Source of the DNA: a virus
Taxonomy: Duplodnaviria; Caudoviricetes
DNA length: 62,493 nt
Virus record (IMG/VR): IMGVR_UViG_3300042934_000841
Span: 1 to 62,493 of that record
Reading direction: 5' to 3' (one strand)
The notes below the pieces were generated by a model that was not told the origin of the DNA, ran no database searches, and worked only from the letters and a program-made list of their open reading frames with translations. The stretch's first letter is position 1. The number at the start of each line of letters is the position of its first letter. A program made the position numbers and the translations under genes. Below, piece after piece: positions 27,850 to 36,895 of the stretch.

Positions 27850-29235
27850 ATGGACAAGTCCCTCTTTTACAAGATGGCATTAAAGGGAGGCGCGTACCAG
27901 CGTAAAGAATGGGTGCTGGCGGCCTTCTCGGTCACTCGTCGTCCTGTGGCTAAAGCTGCCCCTGTCAAAACTGCCAACCCGTTGATGAATGCATTGAATG
28001 GCATTGACGATGCGGCTACCCCAACGCTGACCAGCTCTGATCTGCTGTACGACATCCGGTACAACCGTGAAAGTACCGAAGTGTTCGTGCCGATCAGTGA
28101 GAGCGAAAACGGCTGGGTGAGCATCACGGACCACACGCCGATGACAGCGTTGTTCGTGGCCGGTCAGGCGTTGACCGTGAACCCGGACGATGCGATCAAC
28201 TGCACCGCTTCCGTGGAAAGCACTTACGGCGATCTGCTGTTCAACTACATTGCGCTGATCCACCCGTTCGAAGCGCGTATCCCGTATCAAGTGGGCCCAG
28301 TGAAGATTCGCAAGATTGAAGCGATGATTGCTGAGCGTCTGTGCGACAACGTGGAGATTGCAGGCGTTGAACCTCAGCCTCACCAGATCCCGGTCTGGAT
28401 GTACATGAAGTTCGGCCGTTGCATGGGTGCACTGGCAGGTTACACACAGCTCTTTGTACCGACGTTGACGCCCAAGTCGTTGTCCACTAACGCTGCGATC
28501 ATGAAACGTCGTGGCGAGCTGTTGGAAGAGCACAAGGACCGTCTGCACGACCCTGTTGTGGTCTCTCGCATTCAAGATGAACTGATCCAGATGGACAAGG
28601 ACAGCCTCAAAGGCGATCCGTCCGAAGGCTTCTTCATCTCGAACAAGACGTGGGGCACGGCGCGTAAGCGGATGTTCGTTATTCACGGCCCAGAGGCAGG
28701 CTTTAACGAAGGCGGTAACGCTGAGTTGGTCGTCAACTCGTTGAACGAAGGGTGGGACACCACCAAACTGCCTGCGATGTTCAACTCCACGCGTGCCGGT
28801 TCCTTCTACCGCGGTGCATTGACCGCGTTGGGCGGGGAAGCCGTGAAGTTCTTCATGCGTGTCTTCCAGAACACGCAGATCAGCGGTGACGATTGCGGCT
28901 CTACCTTGGGCTTGCAGCGCTTCATTGACCCGGATCGCTTGGACTACTACGAAGGCTTGTGGGAAATGTCCAGCAGCGGCCTCATCCAGTTGGATAAAGA
29001 GCGCCTCAAGGCGGTCGCTGGCAAGACCATTCTGACCCGCAGCCCCAATTACTGCAAAACTGGTCACACCGATTACTGTGCCAAGTGCGCAGGTGGTCGA
29101 CTGGCGGCTAACCCGTACCGCATCGGGGCAGAGAACACCGCCGTCGCATCGACCTTCATGAACATCATGATGGCATCGGCGCACGCCAAGGAACTGAAGA
29201 CAGCGCCTTTGGATTTCAGAACAGCATTTAGCTAA
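27850..29235 (+). CDS. Virion RNA polymerase beta'-like subunit (gp80-like)
   Basis: NSTRAGSFYRGALTALGG bridge-helix-like region; DCGS...RSPNYCK...CAKCAG zinc site. Confidence 0.88.
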   Translation: MDKSLFYKMALKGGAYQRKEWVLAAFSVTRRPVAKAAPVKTANPLMNALNGIDDAATPTLTSSDLLYDIRYNRESTEVFVPISESENGWVSITDHTPMTALFVAGQALTVNPDDAINCTASVESTYGDLLFNYIALIHPFEARIPYQVGPVKIRKIEAMIAERLCDNVEIAGVEPQPHQIPVWMYMKFGRCMGALAGYTQLFVPTLTPKSLSTNAAIMKRRGELLEEHKDRLHDPVVVSRIQDELIQMDKDSLKGDPSEGFFISNKTWGTARKRMFVIHGPEAGFNEGGNAELVVNSLNEGWDTTKLPAMFNSTRAGSFYRGALTALGGEAVKFFMRVFQNTQISGDDCGSTLGLQRFIDPDRLDYYEGLWEMSSSGLIQLDKERLKAVAGKTILTRSPNYCKTGHTDYCAKCAGGRLAANPYRIGAENTAVASTFMNIMMASAHAKELKTAPLDFRTAFS

Positions 29236-29238
29236 CAG

Positions 29239-32200
29239 GTGCAACCCATGGCTGACAAATACAACGGTAAATACCCCGTAGCTTGGACGGACGCAGAAGT
29301 CGATGCGTACATCGAGTCCGGGGTGGAACCGGCTAAGACCAAGAACGGCGTTTGGGTGGTCGACATCACCCGTGATGAGAAGGACTTTGTCCAGTGGACC
29401 GTGGCGGAAATGTTTGCGCTGTACAACGGCGAACTGATCAGCAACTACTCGGCTGGTGATGAGGCATTCCTCGTCGCCTTGCGAGTCAAAGCCCGGTTGT
29501 CCAACGCTGAAGCAGGTAAGTGGTCGGACGATGAGCTGTACGAATGGTTGGTCTCGGGCAAAGAACCTGAGAAGACCAAGTCGGGCAACTACAAGAACGA
29601 CCCTGAGCGTTTTACCAAGGACGTTCATCTGCTCAATGACAGCGAACTGATCGATTTCGGGTTGGGCGAGTTCGGTGACTTCGACCGGTCACGTGAATAC
29701 GTGCTTGTGGAGGCCCTGGATCGCTTCTCGCTGCCGTTGGGCACAACCTTTGAAGACTACGCCGCTTATTGCAAAGACCGCGCACAGCCGCCTGTAGCGA
29801 CTCATGGCTCATTGATCCGTGATCGTATCCGGGATGGCAAGTTGGTGAGCGAGTGGACCAACGATGAGTTGGCTGACTGGGCTGTCGGCGAAATCGGTGA
29901 AGGGTCATTGACCGTTGCCGAGTTGCTGGTCGCGGCCATCAAGTCCGTGGGCGGTGAATGGTACTGGTCCAAGGCGGACGTCGGGGCTTACTTGGCCACA
30001 GGCGTGCTTCCTGAACCTGGGTTGGTGGACCTCACGGCTTTCCATCCGGCTGAGTTGCTTCAGTTCTTCCGGGAAACCGGCGTTGAAGAAGCGTACGACA
30101 AGTGGAAGAAGCTGTGCACGGTAGAGAAACTCTCCCCTGCCCAAGTCAAAGCCACTGCGCCGGTGGACAAGATCCCCGAAGCGTGGGACAGCGTGGCGCT
30201 CTACACCTACGCGGACAAGAGCCTGTTCCCTGTCGCTTACACCGAGAACACGTGGTACAACGACGTCACCCGTGAAGCGCGCATTCCCAATGACCTGACG
30301 GCTGAAGAGATCGAAGGCTGCTGGCACGGGAAGCTGCACTACACCGAAGATCAGCAAAAAGCGATCATCGCCAAAGCCGCAGAAGACCTGCGTGTCCACG
30401 GTGATGAGAAGTACGCCGATCTGTACGACGATGAAGCGATGTGGTTGTACTTCGACGGCATCGAGCCTCATGTCTTCGAAGGCCTGCTGGTGCGCTCCAA
30501 GACCCGTGATGAAATGGCGGTGGAAGAATGGACCGATGCTGAAGTCCGGGCGTGGTTGCAAGACCTGATCGTCACCACCAAGCCCATCAACCGTGAAGAA
30601 CTGGTCACCATGCGTACCCTTCAATGGGCAGGCTTGGCTGATGTGGCGACGCTGGAACAGTGGTTCATTGCGGACTCGGGCCCTGCGCTGACGCCGAACG
30701 GGGTGATCGTTGAAGACCCTCGCCGCTGCATGGACACGGTTGGGAACTGGTCGGATGCTGAAGTGGTCGCGTTGGCTCACGGTTGGATCAAAGGGCTGGA
30801 GAACGTCTCGGAAGAGTCACTGCTGGCTGAACTGGCTCACCGTGGGCTGATCAAGTCTTCGGACTGGTCCCTCAAGCAAGCGGTCAAGTTCCTGACCGAT
30901 GGCACTGAACCGGTGAAGACCGAGTTTGGTAACGATCGCGTCAAGTACGACGAGTTCACCATCACCCGCAAGACTGATCTGAAGTTCTATTCGGATTGGG
31001 CTAACGGGAAAGTCAAGCTGCCCAACAGCAAGGCTGAAGTGCTCAACCGCGTGCGTTCACTGATCGGGGCTTCTACCGCGTCCGATGTTGAAATCATGCA
31101 GATGCTCAAAGCCTTTAAAGGCGATGGCTCGGATGGGTTCAAGGAACTGCCGCTGCACGAACAACTCAAGGATGGTTCGGCTGAGACCTTGGCCAAAGTG
31201 ATCGACCTCTGGGACCTTACCAAAGGCTCCTCGGTTGAGAACTGTCTGGAAGCCTATGAGGCCATGGACAAGTCCACCCTGGCTCGCAACGATGTGCTCC
31301 TGGTTGACCCTCGGCGAGACATGAAGGCTGCCTACAACTGGCACTTGGAAGAACTGCGTGCTTGGGCTCGCGGTGAGATCAGTCCAGGGCAAGCGTCTGA
31401 CATGGCGTCGCTGTGCAATGCGCTGCGCAAGAAGATCAGCATGATCGGGATCGGTTGGGACAATGACTCGGTGAAGAAGTTTGCTGCGACCGGTGAAACG
31501 CCTGCGTTGACCAGCACGGGTGTATTGGTCGTCGACTTGGTGCGGGACTTGAAGTTCCCTACGGACTGGTCGGATGCAGACCTAAAAGCGTGGGCAGGCG
31601 GTGAGATCAAGACGCCGGTCCAAGTGGCTGCGGACATCATGCTGACCCTGCGTTCACGTTTCAAGGTACCGCCTTCGTACAACAACCAGCAGATGATTCA
31701 GTTCGTCTTGACGGGGGAAGTACCGCCAGAACCTGAGAAGACTTTCACCAACGCCATCTCGGCCACCGACAACCAGATCAAGGCGTTCCTGCGCCGTGAG
31801 TTCGAGTTGCCTGCGGACGTGGCTGAAGTCGCCTTCAAGGAAGCACGGGCACGGTTCAAACTGGACGTCCATTGGACCGACGTGGCCATCCGTGACTATT
31901 ACGCTTCGGGCATTCTCCCGGCCAAGACGTCGAACGGTCTGTACGCGGTCGATCGTCTGCGCGATGTCACCTCCTGTGCCAAGTGGTCGTACGCGGAAGT
32001 CGAAGCGTTCGCCAAAGGGGAAATCAAGGCGATCGGGATTCCGGCCAAGAGCGCTGCCTTTGTTGAGAAGGCTCGGGTGCTGATCTCGGTGGAGAAAGGC
32101 TTGCCTGCGAGCAAGTGGTCCGTGGATGAAGTCCTCACTTACCTGATCACCGGTGTCCCGCCGAAGATTCTGGTGGGCAACGTCTTTGCCAATGACCCGA

Positions 32201-33042
32201 TCCGTGAAGCCAAACTCGCGGCCAGCTGGTCTAACGACGAACTGAAGGCGTGGTTGCGTGAAGAGATCAAAGCCTCGGTCAAGGCCCCTGAGGCTGACCT
32301 GTGGGCCGTGGTGTACTCTCGGTTCCAAGTGCCTAACGCTTGGTACACCGTTGATGCACGATCCTATGTATTGACGGGCGCAACTGTACCATCGACCCCT
32401 TCCGGCATCTGGGTGCGTGATCGTGAACGCGATCAACGCACGGCGTGGACGTGGACGCGTGCTGAGGTGAAAGCCTGGGCCCGTGGTCAAATCCTGCCGG
32501 GACTCAATGCCCCTGAAAAGGACTTGGTCCAACAAGCCACCATCTGTTTCAACTTGTCGACTTCTCTGTCTCCTGACTTTATCAAGGAGAAGGTAGCGGC
32601 CATCACTGAGGATACTACTCCCATGACTGTAAGTTTCGTGCGTGACGACCTGCTCTCGTTTGCAGCCGGTATGAAGAAAGAAGGCGCTGACGAAGTCAAA
32701 GCCGCGGGCTACCAGTCCATGCTCAACCGCTGCATCGTTCGTGTCTGCGCCCTGCGCGGTCAGGACTTCGTGGACGGTTGGACTGAACTGCTCAAGTTCT
32801 ACTTCAACCAGAAGAACTCGATCTTCACCCCAGGCAACCTGTACAACGGCGTTGCCATGATGAACATCACGGCCAAGCAGCAAAAGAACTTCCAGCACAT
32901 GACCACCATCCTGTTCAACACGTGCGATCCTGCCACGCGTGAAGCAGCGGTCAAATCCCGCATCGACTGGGGCATTGCACTGGCTGGCCTGCCTTCAGAT
33001 GAAGCGCGTCATCAGCTGCTCTCGTTTTACAACGTGAACTAA
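29239..33042 (+). CDS. Large Trp-rich tandem-repeat protein with helical C-terminal domain (gp81 position)
   Basis: 1267 aa; about 13-14 repeats containing W[ST]xxE[LV]xAWxxGEI. Confidence 0.85.
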   Translation: MQPMADKYNGKYPVAWTDAEVDAYIESGVEPAKTKNGVWVVDITRDEKDFVQWTVAEMFALYNGELISNYSAGDEAFLVALRVKARLSNAEAGKWSDDELYEWLVSGKEPEKTKSGNYKNDPERFTKDVHLLNDSELIDFGLGEFGDFDRSREYVLVEALDRFSLPLGTTFEDYAAYCKDRAQPPVATHGSLIRDRIRDGKLVSEWTNDELADWAVGEIGEGSLTVAELLVAAIKSVGGEWYWSKADVGAYLATGVLPEPGLVDLTAFHPAELLQFFRETGVEEAYDKWKKLCTVEKLSPAQVKATAPVDKIPEAWDSVALYTYADKSLFPVAYTENTWYNDVTREARIPNDLTAEEIEGCWHGKLHYTEDQQKAIIAKAAEDLRVHGDEKYADLYDDEAMWLYFDGIEPHVFEGLLVRSKTRDEMAVEEWTDAEVRAWLQDLIVTTKPINREELVTMRTLQWAGLADVATLEQWFIADSGPALTPNGVIVEDPRRCMDTVGNWSDAEVVALAHGWIKGLENVSEESLLAELAHRGLIKSSDWSLKQAVKFLTDGTEPVKTEFGNDRVKYDEFTITRKTDLKFYSDWANGKVKLPNSKAEVLNRVRSLIGASTASDVEIMQMLKAFKGDGSDGFKELPLHEQLKDGSAETLAKVIDLWDLTKGSSVENCLEAYEAMDKSTLARNDVLLVDPRRDMKAAYNWHLEELRAWARGEISPGQASDMASLCNALRKKISMIGIGWDNDSVKKFAATGETPALTSTGVLVVDLVRDLKFPTDWSDADLKAWAGGEIKTPVQVAADIMLTLRSRFKVPPSYNNQQMIQFVLTGEVPPEPEKTFTNAISATDNQIKAFLRREFELPADVAEVAFKEARARFKLDVHWTDVAIRDYYASGILPAKTSNGLYAVDRLRDVTSCAKWSYAEVEAFAKGEIKAIGIPAKSAAFVEKARVLISVEKGLPASKWSVDEVLTYLITGVPPKILVGNVFANDPIREAKLAASWSNDELKAWLREEIKASVKAPEADLWAVVYSRFQVPNAWYTVDARSYVLTGATVPSTPSGIWVRDRERDQRTAWTWTRAEVKAWARGQILPGLNAPEKDLVQQATICFNLSTSLSPDFIKEKVAAITEDTTPMTVSFVRDDLLSFAAGMKKEGADEVKAAGYQSMLNRCIVRVCALRGQDFVDGWTELLKFYFNQKNSIFTPGNLYNGVAMMNITAKQQKNFQHMTTILFNTCDPATREAAVKSRIDWGIALAGLPSDEARHQLLSFYNVN

Positions 33043-33097
33043 GTTCACCGTACCGGGCAGGGGCAACCCTGCCTTGTATGCCCTTTAGGAGTGGGCC

Positions 33098-34114
33098 ATG
33101 TTTGATGAAATAGACGCGGTGATCAACCGCAGTGACTGTCAGATGACGGACGATGACATGTACCGTCGGGCCGTGATCTTGGACGGGTTCCAACGCACCC
33201 CGGAACAAGAGCAGGAGATCGTGGGCATCATCAAGCCACAGATCAACACGTTCACCGTGAGCAGTGAATCCTTGATCGGGTTCATCACGGACAAGCTGGT
33301 GGGTCTGTTCGGTACTCACGCCAACGGGCCTGCGCCTGATCCGCTCCTCTTGGCCACCAAGAGCAAACAGTTCCTGCGGGAGCTGGAGCAAACGTACGGC
33401 AACGTGAAGTGGATCGAGAACAAGCAGTTCGTGGACAGCCCGATCACGATTGGTGTCCTGTCCCGTGAATGGATGGTCGGCACAGTGGTAGCCGTTACCT
33501 TGACAAACTACCTAGAACCGATTCTGGAAGCCATCGAGAAAGACCTGGACATTCATGGTCAGAAGATCGATAACTACCTAGGATCGCTTCGTACGCTGTC
33601 TGAGGCTATCTATAAGGTCGATCCGGCCACAGCGGTTGCCATGGTAGAAGACCATAAGCGTAAACGCCCGGCACCGGAGACACCCAAGCCGATTGACGTG
33701 ACCTTCATTGGTAACTACCGTATCGGGCGGATGCACAAGTGGTACACGCTCGATGTGCACCCCAAGACTCCAGAGCCGCCTAAGTTGGTTGATCCGTTGA
33801 ACCCACAGTTCTTGGCCATTGCTGGCAAGGACATGGTCAACCTGATGTCGTGGCTTATTCGCTACGAGGAGAAGTACAACCGCTACAACTTCTCGTTGGA
33901 CGACAAGGCTACAGTGTACACCGACCTGGACAAGCGCAACTGGTGGCTGCAAGCGGAGAACGCATTGGGTAAAGCCAAAGCTGAAGCACTGTGGGAGATG
34001 TTCAACCCCTTTGCCGTGTTGCCGTTGGTGATGGGGCTGATTCCTGCCTATCGCTCCATTGGGTATCGCTACGCCAAGGCCATGTACGCTCGCATGCAGG
34101 CTTCGATCAAATAA
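33098..34114 (+). CDS. Putative processed head protein
   Basis: 338 aa; acidic N-terminus, VSSE site, then an amphipathic helix; AGGAG RBS; TATG upstream. Confidence 0.6.
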   Translation: MFDEIDAVINRSDCQMTDDDMYRRAVILDGFQRTPEQEQEIVGIIKPQINTFTVSSESLIGFITDKLVGLFGTHANGPAPDPLLLATKSKQFLRELEQTYGNVKWIENKQFVDSPITIGVLSREWMVGTVVAVTLTNYLEPILEAIEKDLDIHGQKIDNYLGSLRTLSEAIYKVDPATAVAMVEDHKRKRPAPETPKPIDVTFIGNYRIGRMHKWYTLDVHPKTPEPPKLVDPLNPQFLAIAGKDMVNLMSWLIRYEEKYNRYNFSLDDKATVYTDLDKRNWWLQAENALGKAKAEALWEMFNPFAVLPLVMGLIPAYRSIGYRYAKAMYARMQASIK

Positions 34115-34123
34115 AAAAAGAAG

Positions 34124-34162
34124 GCATACACCCCGGAGCCACTGCGGCTCCGGGGTGTATGC
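34124..34162. terminator. Bidirectional terminator
   Basis: GCATACACCCCGGAGCC-ACTGC-GGCTCCGGGGTGTATGC. Confidence 0.85.
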
Positions 34163-34169
34163 TGATCGC

Positions 34170-35195
34170 TTAAGAGTTGTCGCCTTCACGCTCTTTGTGG
34201 ACTTCTTCGATCTTGGCCAGGACCGTGCCTTCCAGGTTGTCGTTGATCCACTGCTGAATGTAGGTCGGCAGGTTATCGAACGTCACGTGCTGATGGCTGG
34301 ACTGGTGCAGACCCAAGAACCGACGATCACCTTCCGGGTAGAAGTTGATGGTCAGTTGGTACTTGTCACTGCCAGCGTAGTAATGGTAGCTCACATCGAC
34401 ACGCCCGGCTGGCAGCATCAACGTTGGCTCACCATCAAAGCGCATGGTCATTTTGTGGAACTGGCAGATGCCTTCGATGCCTTCGATCTGGTTGATCTTG
34501 TCGAGCACGTCGTCCAGCTTGATCGGCTCAACTTCGCTTGGCTTGATCTCGTAGACTTCGCTGATCTGCTCGATGAAGTTGGTGTGCAGCCATTTCTGAC
34601 CGATCGAGTCAAATTCCAGGTCGAACGTCTCGTCCAGCCACAGCGAGGTGACCTTGTATTCATTCTTACTGGACTGGCCGAACAGCTTGGTCAGCAGCAG
34701 CTTGTGCTTGAAGCCGCCGTTGTCTTCGAAGGTGAAGACCATGTTGCCGTCTTCAATGTGGTAGCCGTCGACCATGCAATCAGGGTCGGACTTGAACAGG
34801 CGCCGTGCCAGCACTTGATCTTCCACACCGTGGTGGGCCCACATGCGGCGATAGAACACGCCAATGAACCGCTGGAACATGACCTTCTCAGGGCTGTCCG
34901 CATTGCCTGGGCTCAGAGGACGGTCATCATCCGACACCAGGTTCAGCATCTTCATGTGGTCCTTTTGGCCTTGCAGCCGCAGTAGCCGCTTGATCGGTTG
35001 CAGTGAAGGATGCGTGCCTTCCAAGATGCTGTCGATGCGCTGACGCTCCAGCTTATCGTTCAGCTGCTCCAGGTTCATCGAGATGTTCATCAGCGACGAG
35101 GCGGCCTGTGGAAGCGCTGAATTAAGGTTGCTGGCCGTCGTGTTGATCTGTTTGGCCAGGATCTTGATGGCTTCAAAAGCATTGGATTGCGCCAT
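34170..35195 (-). CDS. Hypothetical protein
   Basis: 341 aa; GAGGAG RBS; N-terminal coiled coil. Confidence 0.75.
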   Translation of the reverse strand: MAQSNAFEAIKILAKQINTTASNLNSALPQAASSLMNISMNLEQLNDKLERQRIDSILEGTHPSLQPIKRLLRLQGQKDHMKMLNLVSDDDRPLSPGNADSPEKVMFQRFIGVFYRRMWAHHGVEDQVLARRLFKSDPDCMVDGYHIEDGNMVFTFEDNGGFKHKLLLTKLFGQSSKNEYKVTSLWLDETFDLEFDSIGQKWLHTNFIEQISEVYEIKPSEVEPIKLDDVLDKINQIEGIEGICQFHKMTMRFDGEPTLMLPAGRVDVSYHYYAGSDKYQLTINFYPEGDRRFLGLHQSSHQHVTFDNLPTYIQQWINDNLEGTVLAKIEEVHKEREGDNS

Positions 35196-35249
35196 GGGTT
35201 TGCTCCTCAGGTGAATAGACAGAGGGTGTCGCCACCCTCTGCTTAATGG

Positions 35250-36797
35250 TTACAGATAGACACCGCTGATCTCGATGCCGTGCTCGACTACCTTGCCTTT
35301 AAAGAAGTCGCGCTTGTTGTTGTCGTACTTGATGTGCTGCTCGATGTCGCGACAAACGAAGTAGACAAACTCCGGCACGATCTCCGGGAAGTCCTTCAAA
35401 CGCCGAGTACGCCCCAGCACCTGTTCGTTCGACTGACGGGAGTCAATCGCGGTGGTCATCAGAGAGACCCGCAGGTTGGCCAAGTCGATGGCCGTACCGC
35501 CGGACCCAATGGTGGTCACACCGATGTCACATTCCAGCAGTTCATCGTAAGGATCGTTCAACGAACCGACGTAACGCACGGTGTCAAACTCGGGGTACTT
35601 CTTCCTGAACCGGTCGACCACGATGGTGCACAGGTCGATGGAGGCGCAGAAGATCAGCATCTTTTGCCCGTGTTGGAACGAGCTTAGGAAACGCTGGTAG
35701 ACCACCTTATCGATCATCGCCAAGTACGCCTTGAGCAGCGGTGGGCTGCGCATGATGGACTCTTCAAAGACGATGTGCGAATACCCTTGTGCCCCCATGT
35801 ACTTGATCCGGGTTTCCTCGTCCAAGTTGTACATGTAGGCCGTTACTGCAATGTACGCATCGTAACCCCCGCCGTCGTGCCGCTGGTTGGGCGGGTAGGC
35901 AATGGCGTACATCTTGTTCTTGAACTGGTCCGACGACTCCATGGTCGCTGACAACGACAGGGACTTGAACACGTGGGTGTACAGGTCGATCTTGAAGTTG
36001 TTGTGGAACTCTTGGTGGATCTCATCCCCGACCCGGAAACCAATGCCCAACGTGGGGTAGAAGTCAATGGGTTTGATCGGGTAGATGGTGGAGCGGCCGT
36101 TGGACTCCTCGTAGTTCTTGAAGTAGTCACGCATCGTGGCGGTCGTGATGATGATCACTTGCGCTTTGAGCGTGCCTTCCAAGTGCATGTTCATCAAGGC
36201 GATCAGGTCCTTAGACCCGCGCACGATGAGCAGCTCACCCCGTTTGAACTCGAACGTCTTTTCCAGATCCCCTTTCCACCGCTCCACGTAGCCACCTTTG
36301 AAGTGGATCGCAGTGCGCAGCTTCAACTCGTTCATGCAGTACTGTGCGATGTACGTCTTGCCCTTACCCGTCTGCAAGGCCACCATCTTGATGATAGCGT
36401 CCCACTTGGGGTGAAGGATGCCGTTGTCCAGCACGTATTCCAAGATCGCAGGTTGGTTCTCCCGCGGCGGGAACATGTGCTTGACCTTGAAGTCAAAGCG
36501 CGGGTAACTCTCAATCACCACCCCGTGATGGATGATGGTCACTTCCGTTTCGGTGAAAAACCGAGTCCTGAAGAGGTGAAACTTCAAGGCTTCGAGTTGA
36601 TTCCGATGGAAACTGAACTCCTTGCGGTCACGGGTGGCAGCGGCGTAAGTCCTCATGGGCTTGGGAATGAACTTACGTCCCTTCTTTTCAAAGCCCATCT
36701 CCACCAAGGGACGGCAGAAGGCCACAAGGGCTTGTAACTGTCGCTCAGTGTAGACTCGGGTCACCTTAATGCAGTGACTGTAAACATCAATTTCCAT
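35250..36797 (-). CDS. SF2 helicase (UvsW/Rad25-like; gp75-like)
   Basis: LQTGKGKT, DEIH, SAT and QVLGRTRR motifs. Confidence 0.92.
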   Translation of the reverse strand: MEIDVYSHCIKVTRVYTERQLQALVAFCRPLVEMGFEKKGRKFIPKPMRTYAAATRDRKEFSFHRNQLEALKFHLFRTRFFTETEVTIIHHGVVIESYPRFDFKVKHMFPPRENQPAILEYVLDNGILHPKWDAIIKMVALQTGKGKTYIAQYCMNELKLRTAIHFKGGYVERWKGDLEKTFEFKRGELLIVRGSKDLIALMNMHLEGTLKAQVIIITTATMRDYFKNYEESNGRSTIYPIKPIDFYPTLGIGFRVGDEIHQEFHNNFKIDLYTHVFKSLSLSATMESSDQFKNKMYAIAYPPNQRHDGGGYDAYIAVTAYMYNLDEETRIKYMGAQGYSHIVFEESIMRSPPLLKAYLAMIDKVVYQRFLSSFQHGQKMLIFCASIDLCTIVVDRFRKKYPEFDTVRYVGSLNDPYDELLECDIGVTTIGSGGTAIDLANLRVSLMTTAIDSRQSNEQVLGRTRRLKDFPEIVPEFVYFVCRDIEQHIKYDNNKRDFFKGKVVEHGIEISGVYL

Positions 36798-36895
36798 GGG
36801 AATTCCTAAGCCTAGCCTGGGCGCATGTAAGTCTCGATCGTCAAAATTTAAGAGGAGGTTAGAAGCAGGGACCCGAAGGCCCCTGCAACGATGGG

